Positions 19,611 to 28,580 of a stretch of DNA of 64,000 bases are shown here, piece after piece. This DNA is from an uncultured Methylomirabilota bacterium. Lineage in GTDB: Bacteria > Methylomirabilota > Methylomirabilia > Methylomirabilales > 2-02-FULL-66-22. Location of the stretch: positions 3,008,001 through 3,072,000 of the forward strand of contig OY970067.1 in the NCBI GenBank assembly GCA_963705305.1, read 5' to 3'. Position 1 is the first letter of the stretch; the number at the start of each line of letters is the position of its first letter. The position numbers and the translations under genes were made by a program. Under the pieces are notes generated by a model, which was not told where the DNA came from, searched no databases, and saw only the letters and a program-made list of their open reading frames with translations.

Positions 19611-19732
19611 ACCCATTTATTTATCCGCAGATTACGCAGATGAGAGAGATCGCGCGGAACGGTCGATCCCGGTTGTGAGGCCCTTCCGAACCTATCTGTG
19701 CAGATCTGCGAAATCTGCGGATCAAAATGGGT
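19611..19732. repeat. REP-like imperfect palindrome built from CGCAGAT units
   Basis: ACCCATTT..ATCCGCAGATTACGCAGAT ... ATCTGCGAAATCTGCGGAT..AAATGGGT, just after the AOR stop. Confidence 0.7.
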
Positions 19733-19910
19733 CTTCCGGAAGGTAGCGCGGCGGTCATGCAGGGGACCGCAACCCGGCGGCCCGTTCAACTGGTTTGATG
19801 GACCACGGGGACCCCGGCGGCTCGTGCAGCTGGACCATCGGGGCTTCCGCGGTTCGTTTGTTTTTTGGGAGACCCGGCAGGCCGAGTGTGAAGCCGGCGG
19901 GAGGACGTGC

Positions 19911-20924
19911 ATGCGGGCGGCCGTGTACAAGGAGAAGGGACTCCTCGTGGTGGAGGAGGTTCCCGACCCCGTGGTGGGGCCCCGGGACGTCCTGCTCAAG
20001 GTGAGCCACTGCGCCATCTGCGGGTCGGACCTCCATCGGTACAGCTACGGGATGCTGCGGCCCGGGGCCATCATGGGCCACGAGTATGCCGGAACCGTGG
20101 TGGCCCGCGGGGCCGAGGTGGACAGCTTCCAGATCGGCGACCGGGTGGTGCGCGCCGGCGGGAAGATCCACCCCTGGCGGGATGCGCCCCTGCTGCCCCC
20201 GCGGTTCAGCGCGCGCGAGCGCGGCCTGCTGCCCGAGACGAGGCCGGGGGCCTACGCGGAATACTTCGCCACCGACGCCGATTTGGTGATGCGGATTCCG
20301 GCCTCGGTCACCAGCCTGCAGGCCTCGCTGCTGGAGCCGCTGTGCGTGGCCCTGCACGCGATCCGGCTCTCGAAGCTTCGGCTGGGCGACCGGGTGCTGG
20401 TGATTGGGGCGGGGCCGATCGGGCTCCTGCTTCAGCAGTGCGCCTCGCTGGCGGGGGCCTCCCGCCTGTACGTCTCGGAGCCCAACGCAGCCCGCCGGGC
20501 CCTGGCCGGCCGGCTGGGGGCGGATCGAGTCTGGGACCCCCGGCAGACGGGCCTGGTGGAGGCGGTGCTGGGCGAGACGGGGAGCGGGGTGGAGGTGGCC
20601 TTCGAGTGCGCGGGGGGCGCGTCCACCTTCCAGGAGGGCCTCCAGGCCCTGCGCGGGCTGGGACAGCTGGTGGTCGTCGCGCTGAGCTGGGAGCCGGTGG
20701 ACTGCCTCCCCGTGGACTGGGTGGCACGGGAGGTGGAGATCAAGGCGTCCTACGGCAGCCTGGCCGGGGAGTGGCCGATGGCGATGCATTTCCTGGCGCG
20801 CTGCCGGGTCCAAGTGCAGCCCATGATCTCGCGGGTCATCCCGCTGGAGGATATCCAGGCGGCGTTTCAAGAGCTGCTGAAGCCGGACACGGACTGGGTC
20901 CAGGCCGTCGTCGCGCTCGAATGA
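19911..20924 (+). CDS. Zn-dependent medium-chain dehydrogenase (threonine/sorbitol DH-like)
   Basis: CAICGSDLH, GHE, EP, GAGPIG; the structural 4-Cys Zn loop is absent. Confidence 0.9.
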   Translation: MRAAVYKEKGLLVVEEVPDPVVGPRDVLLKVSHCAICGSDLHRYSYGMLRPGAIMGHEYAGTVVARGAEVDSFQIGDRVVRAGGKIHPWRDAPLLPPRFSARERGLLPETRPGAYAEYFATDADLVMRIPASVTSLQASLLEPLCVALHAIRLSKLRLGDRVLVIGAGPIGLLLQQCASLAGASRLYVSEPNAARRALAGRLGADRVWDPRQTGLVEAVLGETGSGVEVAFECAGGASTFQEGLQALRGLGQLVVVALSWEPVDCLPVDWVAREVEIKASYGSLAGEWPMAMHFLARCRVQVQPMISRVIPLEDIQAAFQELLKPDTDWVQAVVALE

Positions 20925-21045
20925 CCGGCCCGCCTTCCGGGCCGGCGCGGCACGCAATTTTTCCTTGATTGCCGCGGTTGTCAGGCGTAGGGTAGCGCCC
21001 GTCGAATGCCCGGTGTCCTGGGGACTCGCAGAGGAGGGAGTTGCC

Positions 21046-22305
21046 ATGAAAAGTCGGGAACGGCTTGGTGCTTCTGTCAGCAGGCGCTCGTTTCTGAAGG
21101 GGGCGGCAGCGGTCGGCGTGGGGGCAGGCTTGGCCGGACTCCCGCTCGGCAGGCCGGCCGGGGCGGCGGCAAAGGAGGTCAACATCGGGGTGCTCTATCC
21201 CACCTCTGGCTCCCAAGCTAGCTTCGGCCAGATGTGCGTGAACGCCACGAAGCTGGCGGTGGACGACATCAACGGCGCCGGCGGGATCAAGTCCCTGGGC
21301 GGCGCAAAGATCAACCCGACGTATGCCGACATTCAGAGCGATGCCGACGTGACCCGCAACCAGAGCGAGCGGCTGATGTCCATGGGGGGCCTGGCCGCGG
21401 CCACGGGCTGCTATGTGAGCACCTACACCCTGGTGGCCACCGAGGTGGCGGAGCGGTACCAGATCCCCTTCATCACGGGCTCCGTGTCGGACAACCTTAC
21501 CGGCCGTGGGTTCAAGTACACCTTCGAGGTGTCGGCCAAGGCGAGCATGTTCGGGAACATGCAGATGGAGTTCGCCGCCAAGGTTGCCGGCAAGGGCAAG
21601 CGGGCGGCCATCATCTACGAGGATACCGACTACGGCACGGCCACGTCGAAAGGGGTCATCGACGGGGCCAAGCAGTATGGCTTTAACGTCGTCATGACCG
21701 AGCCCTACGCGGCGAAGTTCACCGACGCCACGCCGCTCGTCAACAAGATCAAGGCGGCCAAGCCGGACCTCCTGTTCCCCGTCTCCTACATCACCGACGC
21801 GCTGCTCATCATCCGGACGATGAAGCAGCTCAACGTCAATGCGGCGATCTTCGCCGGCGGGGCCGGCTACCTGATTCCCGACTTCTACAAGGACCTGGGG
21901 AAGGACTCCGACTATGTCTTTTCCGCCGCGGCCTGGAACAACGACATCAACTGCTCCGACGTGGCCAAGATCGCCGAGGCCTACCAGAAGCGCTACGGCG
22001 AGTTCCTCATGGAGCATGCCGGGGAAGCCTACGTCATGATGTGGGTCCTGGCGGACGCCATCGGGCGGGCGCGCTCGACGGACCCGAAGAAGGTGCGGGA
22101 CGCCCTGGCCAAGACCAATCTGACCAAGGGTCCCGGATCGGTCATGCCCGGCTGCCACGTCCAGTTCGACGAGCACGGCTGGAACAAGCACGTCCATCCC
22201 GTCATGGTCCAGTGGCAGAGCGGGAAGCTCCGGTGTGTCTATCCGGAGTCGGATGCGCGGGTAAAGCCGATCTGGCCCGTTCCGGCCTGGGACAAGCGCG
22301 GCTAG
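21046..22305 (+). CDS. LIV-type ABC transporter substrate-binding protein, Tat-exported
   Basis: SRRSFLK twin-arginine signal; IGVLYPTSG, DDINGAGGIKSLGGAKI, VQWQ. Confidence 0.92.
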   Translation: MKSRERLGASVSRRSFLKGAAAVGVGAGLAGLPLGRPAGAAAKEVNIGVLYPTSGSQASFGQMCVNATKLAVDDINGAGGIKSLGGAKINPTYADIQSDADVTRNQSERLMSMGGLAAATGCYVSTYTLVATEVAERYQIPFITGSVSDNLTGRGFKYTFEVSAKASMFGNMQMEFAAKVAGKGKRAAIIYEDTDYGTATSKGVIDGAKQYGFNVVMTEPYAAKFTDATPLVNKIKAAKPDLLFPVSYITDALLIIRTMKQLNVNAAIFAGGAGYLIPDFYKDLGKDSDYVFSAAAWNNDINCSDVAKIAEAYQKRYGEFLMEHAGEAYVMMWVLADAIGRARSTDPKKVRDALAKTNLTKGPGSVMPGCHVQFDEHGWNKHVHPVMVQWQSGKLRCVYPESDARVKPIWPVPAWDKRG

Positions 22306-22413
22306 AACGGTGAGGCCGAGTCAAGACCACACCTAGGCGGACCGTCTCAGGAGGCCGGGGGGCCGGGGCCACGTCCCGCGGTTCGGGTGCGCGGCTCCGG
22401 CCCCTCCTGTGCT

Positions 22414-23274
22414 ATGGATCTCACGACCATCCTTCAGGCCGTCGTGACGGGTGTGCTCACGGCGGGCATTTACGCCCTGGTTTCCATTGGCCTGACCCTC
22501 ATCTTCGGCGTCGTGCGCATCGTGAATTTCGCCCAGGGCGAATTCGTGATGGTGGGCATGTTCGTCACCTACTGGCTCTGGAAGCTCTGGGGGATCGACC
22601 CCTACCTCTCCCTGTTCATCGTCATGCCCGTGCTGTTCTGCTTCGGGGTGCTGGTGCAGCGATTCCTGCTCCAGCCCATCATGCGCGCCCCGGACCTGGC
22701 GCAGATCTTCATGACCGTGGGCCTCTCGGTCGTCCTCATGAACGCCGCCCTCTTCTTCTTCACGGCGGACTTCCGCTCGGTCAAGACGGTGTACGCCGAG
22801 TGGGCCTGGCGGCTGGGAGGCGTCACGATCCCGATTCCCCGCCTGTTCGCGTTCCTGGGCGCCGTCCTCCTGTCGGGACTCCTCACACTCTTCCTTTCCA
22901 AGACGGACACGGGGAAGGCCCTTCGAGCGGTGGCGCAGGACCGAGAGGTGAGCATGCTCCTGGGGATCAACCCGGAGCGGATGTACCTCTTCGCGGTAGG
23001 CCTGGGCGCCGCCCTGGCCGGCGCGGCGGGGAGCCTGATCGTCCCCTTCTTCTACGTCTTCCCGACGGTGGGTGTGACCTTTGTGCTCATTTCCTTTGTG
23101 GTGGTGATCCTGGGCACCCTGGGCAGCGTGCAGGGGGCCTTGCTGGCCGCCTTCATCGTGGGAGTGGCGGAGTCATTGGGGATCCTGTTTGCCGGGTCGG
23201 ACCTGGGGCTGGTGACAGTCTACGCCATCCTGGTGGCCGTCCTGGTGTTCAAGCCTTCGGGGCTCATGGGTTGA
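22414..23274 (+). CDS. LIV-type ABC permease (LivH-like)
   Basis: YALVSIGLTLIFGVVRIVNFAQGE, GKALRAVAQD, LGTLGS. Confidence 0.93.
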   Translation: MDLTTILQAVVTGVLTAGIYALVSIGLTLIFGVVRIVNFAQGEFVMVGMFVTYWLWKLWGIDPYLSLFIVMPVLFCFGVLVQRFLLQPIMRAPDLAQIFMTVGLSVVLMNAALFFFTADFRSVKTVYAEWAWRLGGVTIPIPRLFAFLGAVLLSGLLTLFLSKTDTGKALRAVAQDREVSMLLGINPERMYLFAVGLGAALAGAAGSLIVPFFYVFPTVGVTFVLISFVVVILGTLGSVQGALLAAFIVGVAESLGILFAGSDLGLVTVYAILVAVLVFKPSGLMG

Positions 23275-23400
23275 CGGAGGCGCCGGGATCGGGAACGGCC
23301 GGGAGAAGCTGCCCTCGCACCTGAGAGGCAATGGATGGCGACTGGAGCGGGGCAGGAGGAACGCGTGGCGCGCGAAGCCGGGGGGAAAACCGGGAAAGGC

Positions 23401-24390
23401 ATGGGAGTCCCGGGGCGATATGTCCCGGCCATGATCCTGGCGTTCCTGGTGGTCCTCCCCTTTTTGCTGCCCAACCCGTTCTACGTCCACATCGTCATCA
23501 TGATGGCGGTCTTTGCCGTCCTGGGCGGGGCCTGGAATCTTATCGGCGGTTACGGCATGCAGCTCTCTCTGGGGCACGCGGCCTTTTTCGGGACGGGGGC
23601 CTACGTCTCGACCATGCTCATCAACCACTATCCCATCTCGCCCTGGATCACCCTCTGGATCGGCGCGGCGGCCGCCCTGGCCCTGAGCGTCCCCGTGGGG
23701 ATCATCTGCTTCCGGCTGCAGGGGCCCTACTTTGCCATCGCCACCATCGGTCTGGCGGAGGCGCTTCGGCTGCTGGTGCTCCACTTCCGCGAGATCACTA
23801 ACGGCTCCCTCGGGCTCACCGTTCCCTACAGGGGGAATGCCCCCTGGCAATTTCAGTTCAACTCCAAGTTCCCCTATTACTACCTGGCGCTGGCGTTGGC
23901 CGTGGGGATGGTCTTGCTGGCCCGGCGGATGGAGCGGATGCGGCTGGGGCATTATCTGGTGGCCATCGGTCAGGACCAGCACGCCGCCGAGGCGCTGGGG
24001 ATCAACTCGACCTGGGCCAAGGCACAGGCCTTGGCCCTCAGCGCCTTCGTCACGGGACTGGTGGGCGTTTTCTACGCCCAGTACACCTATGTCATCCATC
24101 CCGACTCCGTCTTCAGCCTGGCCATGAGCGTCCAGATCGCCCTGGTCGCCATCGTGGGCGGGGTGGGCACGGCCCTGGGGCCGGTGCTGGGGGCGATCTT
24201 CATGGAGTCCTTCATTCAATTCACCCAGATCGCTTTCGCCGGCCAGTACCCCGGCCTGGAGCTCTTGGTGTACGGCTGCCTCCTCATCGCCGTCATCTTG
24301 TGGCGGCCGCGGGGTGTGATCCCCTGGTTCGAGCGGCTGTATTCGGTTTTGCTGCAGCGGCTCCCGACCCTGGGTGGGGCGCGCCCATGA
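23401..24390 (+). CDS. LIV-type ABC permease (LivM-like)
   Basis: WNLIGGYG.QLSLGHAAFFG.GAY, RLQGPYFAIAT, VGGVGT..GP. Start could be 23335. Confidence 0.92.
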   Translation: MGVPGRYVPAMILAFLVVLPFLLPNPFYVHIVIMMAVFAVLGGAWNLIGGYGMQLSLGHAAFFGTGAYVSTMLINHYPISPWITLWIGAAAALALSVPVGIICFRLQGPYFAIATIGLAEALRLLVLHFREITNGSLGLTVPYRGNAPWQFQFNSKFPYYYLALALAVGMVLLARRMERMRLGHYLVAIGQDQHAAEALGINSTWAKAQALALSAFVTGLVGVFYAQYTYVIHPDSVFSLAMSVQIALVAIVGGVGTALGPVLGAIFMESFIQFTQIAFAGQYPGLELLVYGCLLIAVILWRPRGVIPWFERLYSVLLQRLPTLGGARP

Positions 24391-25121
24391 AGGGAGGCAT
24401 CCTGCTCGGTGTGGAGGGCCTGGCCAGGCGCTTCGGTGGGATTCAGGCCGTGGCGGGACTCTCCTTTGACGTGCAGGAAGGCGAGATCTTGGGTGTGATC
24501 GGCCCCAACGGCTCCGGGAAGACCACCACCTTCAACCTCATCACGGGCTTCTACCGGCCCGACCGGGGTCACGTCCGGTTCGCTGGCGAGGACATCACGG
24601 GCCTCCCGCCATACACGGTGTGCGCCCGAGGCCTGTGCCGAACCTTCCAGGTGGCCCGGCCGTTCAAGGAGATCTCCGTCCTCCGGAATGTCCTGATGGG
24701 GGCGCTCCTTAGGTACCCGAAGCCCGGCGCGGCCGCCGGGCGCGCGGAGGAGGCGCTGCGTCTGGTGGGGCTGGAGGATCGGGCGCACTCCGACGCCGGG
24801 AGCCTGACCACCATCGATCAACGCCGCCTGGAGGTGGCCCGCGCCCTGGCCACCGAGCCCCGGCTCCTCCTCCTGGACGAGACCATGGCCGGCCTCACCC
24901 CGACGGAGGTCGAGGTGGCCATCCACCTGATCGGGCGCCTCCGGGAGCGGGGGCTCACCATCGTGGTGGTGGAGCACGTGATGCGCGCGGTCATGTCCCT
25001 CTCCGACCGGATCGTCGTTCTGGATCAGGGACTGAAGATCGCCGAGGGATCCCCGGCCCAGGTCGCGTCCGACCCCCGCGTCATCCAGGCCTATCTGGGC
25101 AAGGAATACCGGAATGCTTGA
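24387..25121 (+). CDS. LIV-type ABC ATPase (LivG-like)
   Basis: GPNGSGKTT, RTFQ, LLLLDE, VVEH, VIQAYLG. Confidence 0.93.
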   Translation: MKGGILLGVEGLARRFGGIQAVAGLSFDVQEGEILGVIGPNGSGKTTTFNLITGFYRPDRGHVRFAGEDITGLPPYTVCARGLCRTFQVARPFKEISVLRNVLMGALLRYPKPGAAAGRAEEALRLVGLEDRAHSDAGSLTTIDQRRLEVARALATEPRLLLLDETMAGLTPTEVEVAIHLIGRLRERGLTIVVVEHVMRAVMSLSDRIVVLDQGLKIAEGSPAQVASDPRVIQAYLGKEYRNA

Positions 25122-25818
25122 GGTGCGCGATCTGGACGTCGCCTACGGAAAGGTCCCGGCCCTCCAGGGCATCACCCTTCGGGTGGCCGAGGGGGAGAGC
25201 GTGGCCGTTCTGGGGGCCAACGGGGCGGGGAAGTCTACGCTCCTGCGGACCATTTCCGGACTCCTGCGTCCCCGGCGGGGAAGCGTCCAGCTGGATGGCG
25301 CGCGGCTGGACCAGCTCCCCGCCTACGGGATCGCCGCCCTGGGAATCGCCCATGTCCCCGAGGGGCGGCGCGTCCTTCCGGAGATGACGGTGCAGGAGAA
25401 TCTCGAGCTGGGGGCCTACCTGCCCGCGCCCAGGGCGCGCCGCGCGGAGACGCTGGCCTGGGTCTACGGGATCTTCCCCCGTCTTGCCGAGAGGCGGCGG
25501 CAGCTCGCCGGGACGCTGTCGGGCGGGGAGCAGCAAATGCTGGCCGTGGGCCGCGGCCTGATGCTGCGGCCGCGCGTCCTCATGCTGGACGAGCCGTCGC
25601 TGGGGCTGGCCCCCATCATCGTGGATATGACCTTCGAAAAGATCGCCGAGGTGCGGTGGCAGGGCATTGCCCTGCTTTTGGTGGAGCAGAACGTCCAGCG
25701 GGCCCTGAGCCTGGCGGACCGGGGCTACGTGCTGGAGGGCGGACGGATCGTCCTGGAGGGGACGGCGGCATCCCTCCTGGAAAATCCGCACGTCAAGGTG
25801 GCGTACCTGGGGCTGTGA
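25114..25818 (+). CDS. LIV-type ABC ATPase (LivF-like)
   Basis: GANGAGKST, VPEGRR, LSGGEQQML, DEPSLGLAP, VEQN. Confidence 0.94.
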   Translation: MLEVRDLDVAYGKVPALQGITLRVAEGESVAVLGANGAGKSTLLRTISGLLRPRRGSVQLDGARLDQLPAYGIAALGIAHVPEGRRVLPEMTVQENLELGAYLPAPRARRAETLAWVYGIFPRLAERRRQLAGTLSGGEQQMLAVGRGLMLRPRVLMLDEPSLGLAPIIVDMTFEKIAEVRWQGIALLLVEQNVQRALSLADRGYVLEGGRIVLEGTAASLLENPHVKVAYLGL

Positions 25819-25844
25819 GCCGCGCCGGAGGCGCCGGAGAGCCG

Positions 25845-27086
25845 ATGCAACTGACCGACGAAGAGCGGCGGATCCTGGACGGGGAGGGCGGCGAGCCGCA
25901 GCGGCTGGCCCTGGGGGTCCTGGTCAAGCTGGGCCAGGCCTGCGGGGCCGAGCGGCTGGTCGAGATCGTCAGCGCGCACCTGGTGGCCTCCTCCTACCAG
26001 ATCGCCGGCGAGGCGGGAATCGCCATCTACAGCCGGCTGGTCGAGCAGGGGGCGCGGGTCAAGGTCCGCACAACCTCCGACCCCGGCTCCATCGACTTCG
26101 CCCGCTGGCAGGAGTTCCGGACGCCGGCGGATTATGCGGCGCGGCAAGTCAAGATCGCCGAGCTACTGAATCAGATGGGCGTGATCCCCACCTGGACCTG
26201 CACTCCCTACACCACCTTCAACGTCCCCCGCTTCGGCGACCATTTGGGCTGGTCGGAATCCAGCGCGGTGGTCTTCGCCAACTCGGTGATCGGCGCCCGA
26301 ACCAACCGGCTGGCCGCCTACGTGGACCTGTGCGCCGCCCTCACGGGCCGGGTGCCGTACTTCGGCCTCCACTGCCCAGAGAACAGGCGCGGGCAGGTGC
26401 TGTTCACGCTGGCTTCCGACCTGGCCCAGGATTTCGCGGATCACTATTTTCCGGCGCTCGGATACCTGGTGGGGCAGACGGTCGGCGACAAGATTCCGGT
26501 CATCGCCGGTGTGCGCCAGGCCAGCTTCGACCAGCTGAAGGCCTTCGGCGCCGCCTCGGCAGCCAGCGGCTCGGTGGCGCTGTATCACATGGTCGGCATC
26601 ACCCCGGAGGCGCGGACGCTGGAGGAGGCGTGCGGCGGGCACGTCCCCGGCGAGCAGGTCCGGGTCGGCCGAGGCGAGATCGCCCAGGTGATGGAGCAGA
26701 TGGGCGCCGTGACCGAGGGGCCCGTGGACGTGGTGGGGGTGGGCTGTCCCCACGCCTCCATCGACCAGATGCGGCGCTATGCCGCGCTGCTGGAAGGCCA
26801 GCGGGTGCACCCCGACACCCAGCTGTGGGTCTGCACCAACACGGTGGTCGAGGAGATGGCCCGCACGATGGGGTACGTGGACATCATCGAGCGGGCCGGG
26901 GCGAAGCTGATGGTGGGCACCTGCCACAACGACTGCCCACTGGAGGCCTGGGGCTTCCGGCGGCTGGTCACCGACTCCGGGAAGTTCGCCTACTACACCC
27001 CGACCACGGTGGGGAGCCAGTGCGTGTTCGCCAGCACCGAGGCCTGCATCCGGGCGGCCATCGCGGGAAAGGTGGAACGGCCATGA
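25845..27086 (+). CDS. Aconitase X large/catalytic subunit (DUF521)
   Basis: MQLTDEERRILDGEGG, TCTPY, WSESSAVVFANSVIGARTNR, LKAFGAASAASG, HMVGITPE, GCPH, GTC, TDSGKFAYY. Confidence 0.92.
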   Translation: MQLTDEERRILDGEGGEPQRLALGVLVKLGQACGAERLVEIVSAHLVASSYQIAGEAGIAIYSRLVEQGARVKVRTTSDPGSIDFARWQEFRTPADYAARQVKIAELLNQMGVIPTWTCTPYTTFNVPRFGDHLGWSESSAVVFANSVIGARTNRLAAYVDLCAALTGRVPYFGLHCPENRRGQVLFTLASDLAQDFADHYFPALGYLVGQTVGDKIPVIAGVRQASFDQLKAFGAASAASGSVALYHMVGITPEARTLEEACGGHVPGEQVRVGRGEIAQVMEQMGAVTEGPVDVVGVGCPHASIDQMRRYAALLEGQRVHPDTQLWVCTNTVVEEMARTMGYVDIIERAGAKLMVGTCHNDCPLEAWGFRRLVTDSGKFAYYTPTTVGSQCVFASTEACIRAAIAGKVERP

Positions 27087-27523
27087 GCGATCCCCGTCGC
27101 GTGCTCAAAGGGCGCGGCTGCGCTGCCGGAGCATTCGAAGGCGAGGTGGTGGTGTCGAAACGGCCCTTCGGATTCTGGCAGGGCCTTGACCCCCAGACGG
27201 GGGTGGTGATCGACAAGCGGCACGACCTGTGCGGCACGACCATCAAAGGCAAGGCGTTCGTCTTTCCCTACGGGCGGGGCTCCACCGGCACGCCGGGCAT
27301 CTTCCTGGAAGCGGTGCGAAACGGCTGCGCCCCGGCTGCCATCGTGAACGTCCGGAGCGAGCCGATGATCGTGATGTGCTCGATTCTGGCGGAGGCATTC
27401 TTCCAGGTGGCGATCCCGATCGTGGACGGTCTCGACGCCGATCCGCAGGCGGCGCTGGAGACCGGCGATCGAGTTCGGATCGACGGCACGACCGGCGTGA
27501 TCGAGCTCCTGTCCCGCGGCTGA
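27083..27523 (+). CDS. Aconitase X small/swivel subunit (DUF126)
   Basis: GEVVVS..FGFWQGLDPQTGVVID..HDL.G..I.GK.FVFP.GRGST, APAAIV; ATGA overlap with the large subunit. Confidence 0.9.
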   Translation: MSDPRRVLKGRGCAAGAFEGEVVVSKRPFGFWQGLDPQTGVVIDKRHDLCGTTIKGKAFVFPYGRGSTGTPGIFLEAVRNGCAPAAIVNVRSEPMIVMCSILAEAFFQVAIPIVDGLDADPQAALETGDRVRIDGTTGVIELLSRG

Positions 27524-27572
27524 GCGCCCGACGGCAGAGTGCGGGCGCGGGGGGAAGATCGGAGGACGACGC

Positions 27573-28073
27573 ATGGCGACGCGCGAAGAGATTCTCGCCC
27601 AGGTGACCGAGCGGGCCGTATACAACGAGATGACGTACTATGGGTGAACGCAGGCCGTGCTTGCGGCTCTGCAAGCCACGCTTGACGTCGGCGACGAGAT
27701 GCTTTTCAAGGCAGGCAGCGCCCTTGCGGGCGGGGTGGTCGGACACGGGGAGACCTGCGGGGCGCTCACCGGCTGCATCATAGCCATCGGCTCGGTCGTC
27801 GGGCGGGCACGCCTAGAGGACCTCGAAGCCTTCCAGCGGGCCAAGATCCCAGCGCAGGAGATGTACCAGCGCTTCCGGGACGAGATCGGCGACAGCCTCT
27901 GCGCGAACATCCACAAGATCAAGTTCGGGCGGTGGTACGACCTCGCCAATCCGGCCGAGGTGAAGGCCTTCCACAAGGCGGGGGGGCACGATCGCGCCGG
28001 CTGCCCGGAGGTGTGCGGAAAGGCCGCCCGGATCGCCGCCGACATCATCCTGGAACTCCGCGAGGAGGCGTGA
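27573..28073 (+). CDS. C_GCAxxG_C_C family protein, probable selenoprotein (Sec at codon 25, TGA 27645-27647)
   Basis: GGAGG RBS then MATREEILAQVTERAVYNEMTYYG-TGA-TQAVLAALQ...ETCGALTG...LCANI...CPEVC, in frame with the track ORF 27657-28073. TGA sits at the family's first conserved Cys; hairpin immediately downstream. Confidence 0.82.
27656..27680 (+). promoter_or_regulatory. Putative bacterial SECIS element
   Basis: CGTG-CTTGC-GGCTCT-GCAAG-C-CACG stem-loop; G-starting apical loop 17 nt after the TGA. Confidence 0.65.
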
Positions 28074-28110
28074 CGGGCCCGATTCGGGCAAGACGTGCAA
28101 GGAGAGCATC

Positions 28111-28503
28111 ATGGCGTCCATCCAGCCCTATTGCGCCCCGGGGGTGTTCGATCCCGCCGGCTACATCCAGGCCGTGAGGGTGAGCGGCGCCCAGACGTTC
28201 CTCTTTCTCTCGGGGCAGGTGGCGTACGATCCCACGGGCGGTGTGGCGCACCCCGGAGATTTTGCCGCCCAGGCCCGCGCGGTCTTCGCGGCCGTGCGGG
28301 CGCAAGTGGAGGCGGGCGGCGGGACGCTGGCGAACGTGGTGAAGCTGACCACCTACCTCACCGACATGCGGCGCCGGGCGGACCTCTTGCCGATCCGGGA
28401 GGAGTTCTTCGGCAAGAAAATGCCCCCCTCCACCCTGGTGGCGGTGAGCGCCTTGGCCCATCCGGACTGGATGATCGAGGTCGAGGCCATTGCCGCGATC
28501 TGA
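28111..28503 (+). CDS. RidA/YjgF/UK114 family protein
   Basis: LFLSGQVA, VVKLTTYLTD, PPSTLVAVSALAHPDWMIEVEAIA. Confidence 0.92.
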   Translation: MASIQPYCAPGVFDPAGYIQAVRVSGAQTFLFLSGQVAYDPTGGVAHPGDFAAQARAVFAAVRAQVEAGGGTLANVVKLTTYLTDMRRRADLLPIREEFFGKKMPPSTLVAVSALAHPDWMIEVEAIAAI

Positions 28504-28580
28504 CAAGAGGCCGCGCGGCCGCGATAGGCTCCACGGCCGGACGGCGGACCCCGCTTCTCCACACATCCGAGGTGCAGCCC

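Noticed and set aside
19738..19849. tRNA-Sec (segment begins GGAAG, contains TTCAA, ends CTTCCG)
   Set aside because: Too long, no TTCGA T-loop, no proper anticodon stem and no CCA.
25845..27523. Archaeal-type modified mevalonate pathway feeding shc/uppS
   Set aside because: No UbiD/UbiX, mevalonate kinase or HMG-CoA genes nearby; the transporter context points to catabolism.
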